Program-made: the position numbers and the translations under genes
Virus record (IMG/VR): IMGVR_UViG_3300049846_000236
Span: 1 to 56,702 of that record
DNA: 56,702 nt
Source of the DNA: a virus
Taxonomy: Duplodnaviria > Caudoviricetes
Direction: 5' to 3' (one strand)
Notes under the pieces: model-generated
The model's input: only the letters and a program-made list of their open reading frames with translations
What the model was told of the DNA's origin: nothing
Database searches by the model: none
Shown here: one piece after another, positions 48,753 to 55,608 of the stretch
Layout of the letters: each line of letters starts with the position of its first letter
Position numbering within the stretch: position 1 is the stretch's first letter

Positions 48753-48764
48753 ACTGCAATTATA

Positions 48765-50726
48765 TCATGCAGAAATTTCGATTGCACTGGTCAGATCGAC
48801 TACATCACAGTTTCCGGCGGTGCAAGCCAGTTCCTGACTTCCGGTGGTTGAATCGATCAACTCGTAAAGTGCTAGGTCGGACCAACGGATCTCAGCGGGC
48901 ATCTTAGCCTTTAGAGCGTTGTATTCTTCCTCAGAAACTGGCTGGTACGGGGCCTGCTGGTAGGTGTGATCGTCGTATGGCAAGAATGACAGGCCACCAA
49001 CGTCCTCCCAGTTTTCGTAGATCCATGCGGCTACATCGACCCACTCCTCGTCGCGTACCGAAACGGTGATCGACGGATTGTGCTCAGTCCAGTGCTTTTT
49101 GTAGACCTTCCAAATGTTGAGGTGGTCAATTGCACTGATATCACGACCGACCTTGGCATTTTCTGGTGCCTTGATCGGGAAGGAGAACACTGTCGAGGTT
49201 TCCGGGGCCATGAGGTCAGCCTCATATGGGATTCCGATTTCCTTAAGGAATACCGTCAGCGGATCCTTATTATCTGCACGAACTGTGCGAATGTAGAAGT
49301 TGCTGTACCAGAAGTGCATTCCAGAGGATACCTCGGTCAACTGAGATACTGTGCCGGAAGGCTTGACAGTGGTAATTGCCGTCGATGGGTTAATACCCAT
49401 CTGCTTGGCAACGAGCGCGTTAGTCTCGATTGCCAACTCGCGCAATTCGTCTAGCCACGCTGCGGCCTTGTCGAGTCCCTCAGAGCCATTAAGAACCGGG
49501 TGTGCCATCTGACCTGTGAGAGAAACACCGAGCAGGCGCTCCTCTTCACAGTTATCTCTCCATACCTTACGAAGATACTTAAAATTAGTCAGTGACGACT
49601 GAATCGTACCCAATACGGCTGCTGTTGCGACCTTAGACTTAAGGTCTTGAAGGCGGTCTGTGTCTCTGACAACGACTTCTGTAAGGTTACAAAACTGGTT
49701 CGGACGGAGGAGAATTTCTCCACAAGGATTGGTAAATGCAACCTTAGAACCGTCGCGGCGTCCGTTACTGGAAGCGTGCCTACGGTTTCCTTCCTTATTG
49801 AAGATTCCTCGCTCACCGGACTGACTCTCCCATAGGTGACTCCATTCTGTTAGGAACTGCCCAACTGAGGGCTTAGTGTTGTAAACCGCCGAGTTGTTGG
49901 CTAGACGGCGCTGGGGCTCTGTCTCCCACCACTTACCGGACTTGGCCTTGGCCATATCGAAATCACCCAGGTCAGACCCAGAAATCATGGCAGAACGACG
50001 AACACCGCCAACTACTACGACCTCCCCGATCTTACACATAATGTCGTGGGCTTCGATTGGCTGCAACTTGCGTCCTGCTGCATTGGTGAAAATGCCAACT
50101 ACGAACTCGAATAGGTCTGCTAGCGGTTCCGGCCCGCTGGCGCGGCCACCGAAAGTCTTTAGCCGAGCACCGGCAGGACGCACCTTGTCCATGTTCCAGG
50201 TGGGAATCTGACCTGCGTAGAGCATGGCAATAAGTTCACGAAGCGCACGAGCCCAACCTGCCTTAGAATCCTCTACGACAATAACTGTGTCAGAGTTCTC
50301 GAAGTGCTCATTAACTGCGGGGAGTTGTGATACATACTCCTGCTCAACAGAAAAGCCTACTCCGGTTCCGCACATAAGAACATACATTGCTTCATCGAAC
50401 GCACGAATAGAATCAACTGCGATGAAGGAGCAGTTGTATCCAGCGGTGTGGTCACGCTCTAGTGCTGGCCCTGCTGTCATGAGGGCACGCATCGAAGGCA
50501 TTACCTCATGGTTAAGGATCGACTGCCTAGCGCCTTCCTTAAACTTGTCATTCTTCCAGCCATAAGTCTTACTGGCGTAGTCAAACATAAACTCTGTGTA
50601 ACGGTCAACCGTCTCACTCCACGTTTCACGACGGTTCTCTTCCTCGATCCAACGCGCATACCGCGACACCGCGATAAAATTTCGATAGGGGTCGATGATC
50701 GAGCCCTTCTCGTCTACCAATTTCAT
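48765..50726 (-). CDS. nrdJ: class II (adenosylcobalamin-dependent) ribonucleotide reductase
   Basis: PSMR, YNCSF, GTGVGFS, GGVRRSAMI, TNPCGEI, CNLTE, VKPSGTVSQL and C-terminal CTAGNC. Confidence 0.95.
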   Translation of the reverse strand: MKLVDEKGSIIDPYRNFIAVSRYARWIEEENRRETWSETVDRYTEFMFDYASKTYGWKNDKFKEGARQSILNHEVMPSMRALMTAGPALERDHTAGYNCSFIAVDSIRAFDEAMYVLMCGTGVGFSVEQEYVSQLPAVNEHFENSDTVIVVEDSKAGWARALRELIAMLYAGQIPTWNMDKVRPAGARLKTFGGRASGPEPLADLFEFVVGIFTNAAGRKLQPIEAHDIMCKIGEVVVVGGVRRSAMISGSDLGDFDMAKAKSGKWWETEPQRRLANNSAVYNTKPSVGQFLTEWSHLWESQSGERGIFNKEGNRRHASSNGRRDGSKVAFTNPCGEILLRPNQFCNLTEVVVRDTDRLQDLKSKVATAAVLGTIQSSLTNFKYLRKVWRDNCEEERLLGVSLTGQMAHPVLNGSEGLDKAAAWLDELRELAIETNALVAKQMGINPSTAITTVKPSGTVSQLTEVSSGMHFWYSNFYIRTVRADNKDPLTVFLKEIGIPYEADLMAPETSTVFSFPIKAPENAKVGRDISAIDHLNIWKVYKKHWTEHNPSITVSVRDEEWVDVAAWIYENWEDVGGLSFLPYDDHTYQQAPYQPVSEEEYNALKAKMPAEIRWSDLALYELIDSTTGSQELACTAGNCDVVDLTSAIEISA

Positions 50727-50814
50727 ATAAAGTTCTCCCTAAAGTGCGCGTTCCAGCGCCAAAGATTTTGATGTTCTAACTAGTATACCACCGCTACTTT
50801 AGGTGATCAGATCG

Positions 50815-51801
50815 TTACGAAAATTTTTCAACGATGTGATCGAACGCGGTGCGAGTCACTTCTAACCAATCATAGTGCTCATGAATTTCCGGCGCAACTT
50901 GGAAAGCCTTTTCGGAAAACGTCTCGTAGTCGTCTGCAACTCTCTGCATCTGTTCCTTTAGAGACTCGAAGTTAGGCTCTAGCACCTTGCCAGGGTGAAC
51001 GTCTGGCCACAGTGAGTCCACCTCGCGGTCTGCAACGTCTAGACCGACCGAGAATTGACTGTATGGGGCCCAAGTAGGGTTAAGAATTGTAGGCATTCCT
51101 GAGGCCATCGCTTGAAGCGGGATGAACCCAAAGCCCTCACCGTAGGAAGGGTACAAAAGAACATGATGTTGGTTGTAAAGTGCTACCATTTCATCTCCGG
51201 AGATAACCTCCTTGATTACCTTAACATTTTTCTTTAGATCCGCTGGTCCTGCGAGGCTGCCGTCTGGCAACTTGGCCCGGACAGTTGAATAACCGTTCGC
51301 CTTGATGGTAAGTTGATACCTAGGATCTTCCCCGAAGACCTCCATGAATGCATCGAACACCATTTGTCCACACTTGCGGTGTGCCGGTTCTCCTACATGT
51401 AAAAATTTGAGTCTACTAGCAGGCTTCGGCCTTCTAAAAGGTTGCCAAACATGCTCAATTCCATGTTCGTAAACAAAGAGGGGTTTAGTAACTCCGGCAT
51501 CTCTAAAAACCTTTTTACACCAGGGGGAAGTTGTCCACACTTCATCACAATTATTCATAGCATCTACCCATCCATCGTGTAATGCTGTAGATTCCCAGGG
51601 GGTATATCCAATGGTATACTGTCCTGGGTGCCACTGGAAATAATAAGGCTGGGTAAAGTTAAGTAGTACAGGGCTGCCCGGATGATTAAACGGAGTAGTA
51701 TGTCCTAGTTCCTGAAGCGATTTTACTATGTTGTATCCGGCATATCCATACCCCTGGGTAATTTCCAATCCCCCAGCGTGAGTGTGAAAGGCTATCTCCA
51801 T
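50815..51801 (-). CDS. glycosyltransferase (GT-B, GT4-like)
   Basis: YTPWEST, RKCG and YPSYGEGFGFIPLQAMASGMP; start MEIAF after AGGAG. Confidence 0.88.
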   Translation of the reverse strand: MEIAFHTHAGGLEITQGYGYAGYNIVKSLQELGHTTPFNHPGSPVLLNFTQPYYFQWHPGQYTIGYTPWESTALHDGWVDAMNNCDEVWTTSPWCKKVFRDAGVTKPLFVYEHGIEHVWQPFRRPKPASRLKFLHVGEPAHRKCGQMVFDAFMEVFGEDPRYQLTIKANGYSTVRAKLPDGSLAGPADLKKNVKVIKEVISGDEMVALYNQHHVLLYPSYGEGFGFIPLQAMASGMPTILNPTWAPYSQFSVGLDVADREVDSLWPDVHPGKVLEPNFESLKEQMQRVADDYETFSEKAFQVAPEIHEHYDWLEVTRTAFDHIVEKFS

Positions 51802-51892
51802 CGTTCTCCTTGTGTAGGACAACATTCTACCAATCTTTTGGCCCTAAAGCCACTTTGTATATGTATTCATGATCATGCATACCAATTCACAG

Positions 51893-51921
51893 TTGACACA
51901 GGAAGCCGGAACCCCTAAAAT
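51893..51921 (+). promoter_or_regulatory. consensus sigmaA promoter
   Basis: TTGACA-17-TAAAAT; ATG 6 nt downstream. Confidence 0.8.
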
Positions 51922-51927
51922 AGTATT

Positions 51928-52206
51928 ATGTTAGTAGGAAATACTATAGTATCAGGAATTCATAGATATAGAAGAGAATATGTAGATACTAATATTCTAC
52001 CTGATCTATATTGTTCCAAAAATGACGGCACGCACCTTCCATTGGTAGTCCGAGTAGACAACCATGACAACGTATACTTATACTGTTTGTCCTGTGACTT
52101 TGAGAAGCGTGCCGGTCTTGTGACCTTGGACACACTCATGCGCCTAATGCGCTGGCGAGACTTGAATCCGTCACTGCCCTTCCTTGACACTGAAATAACC
52201 GTCTGA
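51928..52206 (+). CDS. hypothetical protein (possible Zn-binding)
   Basis: C...H and CLSC motifs; leaderless start. Confidence 0.65.
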   Translation: MLVGNTIVSGIHRYRREYVDTNILPDLYCSKNDGTHLPLVVRVDNHDNVYLYCLSCDFEKRAGLVTLDTLMRLMRWRDLNPSLPFLDTEITV

Positions 52207-52212
52207 TAGACT
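52184..52212 (+). promoter_or_regulatory. consensus sigmaA promoter
   Basis: TTGACA-17-TAGACT. Confidence 0.8.
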
Positions 52213-52245
52213 AGTTACTCCTTCTGTGTTGCGGAAGGAGAAAAC

Positions 52246-52845
52246 ATGACGAAAATAATGGCAATATCCCTCGTCCCCGTTCTGATGGTTGTAGGATTTC
52301 TTGCACATCAGGAGACACCGAGGCCAAGCCAAGATGCTAAGTCTGTCGCTATCGACGCAACACCGCCTGTTAAAAACAATGAGTCCGCCAAGGACTTGCA
52401 GCGCAGAAGGACAGCAGTATTACTACAGGCCTCCCGCGATAAAGAGCGGGAGAATAGAATTTGGCGTCGTGAGAGAGCGGAGGCCAGAGCAGAAGCGCGA
52501 GCAGAACGTAGAGCAGCAATTGCCGAACGTGAAGCGGAGGCCGAAGCAGCAACCCGAGCAGGAACACGCTCAGGGTCGAGCACTTTGCCCGACCTGTTGT
52601 TGTTAATTAGAGAGCATGAGTCTGGTGGAAATTATCAGGCTTATAACCCTTCGGGGTGTATTGGTGGGTGCTATGGAGCATACCAGATGACAGCAGAATA
52701 CATGGATGATTGGGCCCGCGAAGCGGGATACCCTGATTATGCGTATGTTGGATTCTGGCCCGCCGAGATACAGGATGCGGTGGCTCTCTATAAATTCAAT
52801 CAGACTGGTGGTGCCCTATGGTGCGACTGGACCGATTATTGTTGA
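52246..52845 (+). CDS. secreted lysozyme-like transglycosylase (Rpf/SceD-like) with coiled-coil linker
   Basis: N-terminal signal/TM segment, ERAEARAE coiled coil, IREHESGGNYQAYN...GAYQM...QDAVA...W. Confidence 0.75.
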   Translation: MTKIMAISLVPVLMVVGFLAHQETPRPSQDAKSVAIDATPPVKNNESAKDLQRRRTAVLLQASRDKERENRIWRRERAEARAEARAERRAAIAEREAEAEAATRAGTRSGSSTLPDLLLLIREHESGGNYQAYNPSGCIGGCYGAYQMTAEYMDDWAREAGYPDYAYVGFWPAEIQDAVALYKFNQTGGALWCDWTDYC

Positions 52846-52869
52846 TTACTCCATGTGAGTGAACGGCTA

Positions 52870-52898
52870 TTGACAGTTACCCCCATTCTTGATAGAGT
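52870..52898 (+). promoter_or_regulatory. consensus sigmaA promoter embedded in an inverted repeat
   Basis: TTGACA-17-TAGAGT; inverted repeat CAGTTACCCCCA/TGGGGGTAACTG spans 52874-52909. Confidence 0.7.
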
Positions 52899-52929
52899 GG
52901 GGGTAACTGCTATCCAAGGGAGGATAACT

Positions 52930-53787
52930 ATGAAGAGGATCACACTGATTCTTAGCACCATGCTAGTAGCATTTCTTATGGGTGGTTCCTGGGCTTGGGC
53001 CGGGGAAACTCCTTCGTCCGATGACGACTGTACCACTGAAACTACCGGTTGGGTTCTTGAATCGCCCGGCCAGGATTGGACCCAGGTAGATCAGCGCACC
53101 GTTGTCGATGAGGAAGCCTGGGACGAGACTGTTGTTGATGTAGAAGCACAGCATTATTCTCTAAAAGGCAATTCTGGAATCGGAAAGGACGAAATTCCAG
53201 TGTTTCCTGCTGATTACTGGCAGGCCAACGCGCCATTAGAGCCACACTATCAGGGACACGGACTACCAGCATCGAATGTTGATGGCAGCGATTATATAGA
53301 AGGTCAGTCTGGCCTTCACTATACATCACAGGGCTCCGAGGGTCTTCGTGACTGGTTCTACTTCCAGGCGGAAGAGAGCCACGTTGTGCATCACGATGCT
53401 GTGACACACGAAGAGTTTGTATTTTCCAAGACAACGTGTGATAACCCGCACCCGCAGACTATTGCTTTGCGTGCTCACAAGTCAACGTGTGAGGGGAACT
53501 TCATGGCTACCATCACTATTACTACGCTTGACGGAAAGGTAATTTCTAAAGAGCGTAGCAAGTGGGTTAAGGTATCTAATCTCACCCATGCTCAGAAGGT
53601 TCAGTTGGAGTGTCTGACTCCGATCAAGCCTGAACCTACGCCAGACAAGCCTGAGGGGGCTGTGCCGGTCGCTGAGGAATTGCCCCACACCGGAGGCAAC
53701 CTCGCCCTCGCTGGAATTGCTGGGGCTCTCCTGGCAGCGGGAAGCGGCCTTGTGTGGTTTAGCCGCCGCCGCTTGACAGACGTGTGA
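52930..53787 (+). CDS. sortase-anchored (LPXTG) cell-surface protein
   Basis: Signal peptide MKRITLILS...AWA; Pro-rich linker; LPHTG, hydrophobic helix and RRR tail; start after GGAGGA. Confidence 0.85.
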   Translation: MKRITLILSTMLVAFLMGGSWAWAGETPSSDDDCTTETTGWVLESPGQDWTQVDQRTVVDEEAWDETVVDVEAQHYSLKGNSGIGKDEIPVFPADYWQANAPLEPHYQGHGLPASNVDGSDYIEGQSGLHYTSQGSEGLRDWFYFQAEESHVVHHDAVTHEEFVFSKTTCDNPHPQTIALRAHKSTCEGNFMATITITTLDGKVISKERSKWVKVSNLTHAQKVQLECLTPIKPEPTPDKPEGAVPVAEELPHTGGNLALAGIAGALLAAGSGLVWFSRRRLTDV

Positions 53788-53801
53788 GTAGATGGTAAGA
53801 T
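53773..53801 (+). promoter_or_regulatory. consensus sigmaA promoter of the tRNA/RNase P operon
   Basis: TTGACA-17-TAAGAT with extended TG. Confidence 0.8.
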
Positions 53802-53867
53802 AGATCCATCATCTTGTTGCGAAACATGATAAGGCCGTGAGTGGGGGCTAAAATACTCACTCATCAC

Positions 53868-53938
53868 GCCAGATTAGCATAGTGGCAGTGCGGTGCTCTT
53901 GTAAAGCATTGGCGACAGTTCGATTCTGTCATCTGGCT
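53868..53938 (+). tRNA. tRNA-Thr(UGU), no encoded CCA
   Basis: Acceptor GCCAGAT/ATCTGGC; anticodon arm GTGCT-CTTGTAA-AGCAT; T arm GACAG-TTCGATT-CTGTC. Confidence 0.92.
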
Positions 53939-53939
53939 C

Positions 53940-54031
53940 GGTCGTGTAACGTTATTGTTGGCTCCGTGCGGTGCCCGGTCTTGATCACTCTGGGTAAAAA
54001 GCCAAGGCGGGTTGAGTTCCCCCCACGATCT
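53940..54031 (+). ncRNA. tRNA-like RNA with expanded anticodon arm
   Basis: Acceptor GGTCGTG/CACGATC; TTGGCT/AGCCAA stem enclosing about 36 nt; T-like arm GCGGG-TTGAGTT-CCCCC; wedged between two tRNAs with 1-2 nt spacers. Confidence 0.55.
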
Positions 54032-54033
54032 AT

Positions 54034-54104
54034 GCCTCTTTAGTTTAATGGTAGAACATCTGTTTCGTAATCAGATAGTCGGAGTTCGATTCTCCGTCGA
54101 GGCT
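54034..54104 (+). tRNA. tRNA-Thr(CGU), no encoded CCA
   Basis: D arm GTTT-AATGGTA-GAAC; anticodon loop TT-CGT-AA; T arm CGGAG-TTCGATT-CTCCG; two mismatches at the base of the acceptor stem. Confidence 0.85.
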
Positions 54105-54171
54105 CGTGAATAAATATGACGGACTCACTCTGGCAGAAAAAATGTTAGCCGTGGCATTGGAGCCCGTAGAA

Positions 54172-54397
54172 GAACTTGTGACCGAGGCACCGCAGGAAAC
54201 TGAGGAAAGTCCGGACTCCTAAATGGAACCGTGTGGCCAGCCCTTAATCAGGCCCCACTAAGCCGAAACTTAAAAAGCAATGGTGCAGGGTAGGAGCAAC
54301 CTCAAGCAGATATGGCGTGCCATTTCGTTTACATATCGGGTAGAGGGCAAAGATGGATGGTGCCTCTCGACAGAATCCGGCTTATAGGTCACAATTC
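54172..54397 (+). ncRNA. rnpB: RNase P RNA (compact bacterial type-A catalytic domain, reduced S-domain)
   Basis: GAGGAAAGTCCGGACTCC (54202-) and ACAGAATCCGGCTTA (54370-) signatures. P1 TTGTGACC/GGTCACAA, P2 GAGGCACCG/TGGTGCCTC, P3 CAG-GAAA-CTG, P5 CTCCTA/TAGGAG, P6 AAATGG/CCATTT, P15 CCTC/GAGG with GGGTA, P16 GATATG/CATATC, and AGATGGAT before the P2 3' strand. Confidence 0.9.
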
Positions 54398-54422
54398 ATG
54401 TAACTACTAACAAGGGAAATAA

Positions 54423-55367
54423 ATGTTTACAACCATTTTGCTGGCTGTACTTATTCTTACAATTATCGTCGGTGTTATCGTTTGGGGTCGCATTGATGCT
54501 TCCCAATCGGCAGACCACGAACTTACAAAGAAAGTTGTTGGATGGTCTACTGTTGGTGTTGGTGTGCTGACAGCGGCTCTTCTTATTTTCTCGACACTTG
54601 TTATCGTTCCGACCCGCGAGGTGGGTATTAAGTTGACCTTCGCCAAGCCTGTCGGTACATTGTCGAATGGTCTGCACGTCAAGGCCCCCTGGCAGAGTGT
54701 TGAGCACATGGATGCTGCCATTCAGACGGATAACCACGTCAAGGACGGTGGAGAGACTTCTGACGGTTCGCATAGCCTTTCTTGTGTGACCACCCGCATC
54801 GCTCACCAGGCTGTCGCCTGCGTAGACGTTACTATCAGGTGGCGTATTATTGACGACCAGGCGGCGCAGTTGTTCCAGAACTACCGTACCTTCGGAAATG
54901 TTCGGGACTCTCTAGTAACTCGTGACCTTAATTCAGCAGTGAATGCCACTATGGAAACATATGACGTGCTTTCTGTTGATGAGAACGGTCAGGCTACCGC
55001 GCCTGAACTGTCAGAGGTCGCTAAGTCTGTCATGGAGGAAATGAACGCTCAGATTGGCGATCAGATCGAGGTTCTACAGGTTATTATCCCCGTTGTCCAC
55101 TTTGACGACGCCACTCAGAGTCGCGTCAATGCTCTACAGAGCCAGATTGCTCAGACCCGTATTGCAGAGCAGGCAGAGCGTACCGCTATTGCCCAGGCCA
55201 AGGCCAACAAGGAACTCGCCGCTTCGGTTTCTAACGATCCAAACGTGCTAGTGTCTAAGTGCCTTGATCTTCTGAACGAGTCTATTACTAAGGGGTATCC
55301 CCTTCCAGCCGGGTTCTCCTGCTGGGGTGCATCTAGTGCTATTGTGGTACCATCTGCTAAGTCATAA
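54423..55367 (+). CDS. SPFH/band 7 (prohibitin-like) membrane protein
   Basis: Two N-terminal TM helices, IVPTREVGIKLTFAKP...GLHVKAPWQSV, and a C-terminal AEQAE coiled coil. Confidence 0.88.
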   Translation: MFTTILLAVLILTIIVGVIVWGRIDASQSADHELTKKVVGWSTVGVGVLTAALLIFSTLVIVPTREVGIKLTFAKPVGTLSNGLHVKAPWQSVEHMDAAIQTDNHVKDGGETSDGSHSLSCVTTRIAHQAVACVDVTIRWRIIDDQAAQLFQNYRTFGNVRDSLVTRDLNSAVNATMETYDVLSVDENGQATAPELSEVAKSVMEEMNAQIGDQIEVLQVIIPVVHFDDATQSRVNALQSQIAQTRIAEQAERTAIAQAKANKELAASVSNDPNVLVSKCLDLLNESITKGYPLPAGFSCWGASSAIVVPSAKS

Positions 55368-55422
55368 CCAGAAATGTGATAAACTAGTCTGTAGACTAGT
55401 CTAACACAGGAGGTGTTTATTT

Positions 55423-55575
55423 ATGGCAGCAGAAACAGCAGCACAGCGTTACGCCCGTGATTGGGCTTCGCAGAGCACGGAACGCAAGGACCGTGGACTT
55501 GATGCACAGCCAAACGAGCGCACCGACCGTCTTTACGTTCACAACGGATCGACTTCGGTTAACAAGAACAACTAA
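55423..55575 (+). CDS. small hypothetical protein (50 aa)
   Basis: AGGAGGT RBS; MAAETAAQRYARDWASQ...NKNN; below the ORF-track cut-off. Confidence 0.6.
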   Translation: MAAETAAQRYARDWASQSTERKDRGLDAQPNERTDRLYVHNGSTSVNKNN

Positions 55576-55608
55576 ACCGCCCGGTGGGTGCGGTAAAACC
55601 CACCACTT

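Noticed and set aside
8664-50726. Alternative genetic code (stop recoding)
   Set aside because: Long genes read through in code 11, TAA, TAG and TGA all serve as stops, and no suppressor tRNA is present.
50727-50814. Cobalamin riboswitch upstream of nrdJ
   Set aside because: The gap is too short and lacks a B12 box; only a promoter-like TGGTATACT and an RBS are seen.
52213-52245. c-di-AMP (ydaO) riboswitch ahead of the Rpf-like gene
   Set aside because: The leader is only about 27 nt and has no ydaO motifs.
53940-54031. tmRNA or YrlA-type Y RNA identity for the tRNA-like element
   Set aside because: It is too short and lacks a tag ORF and the GGGG/G3-U alanine acceptor of tmRNA. The acceptor stem is formed by the termini, unlike the permuted tRNA domain of YrlA.
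55381-55402. Palindrome ACTAGTCTGTAGACTAGT as operator or att site
   Set aside because: Single occurrence, no integrase in the window, and no further support.
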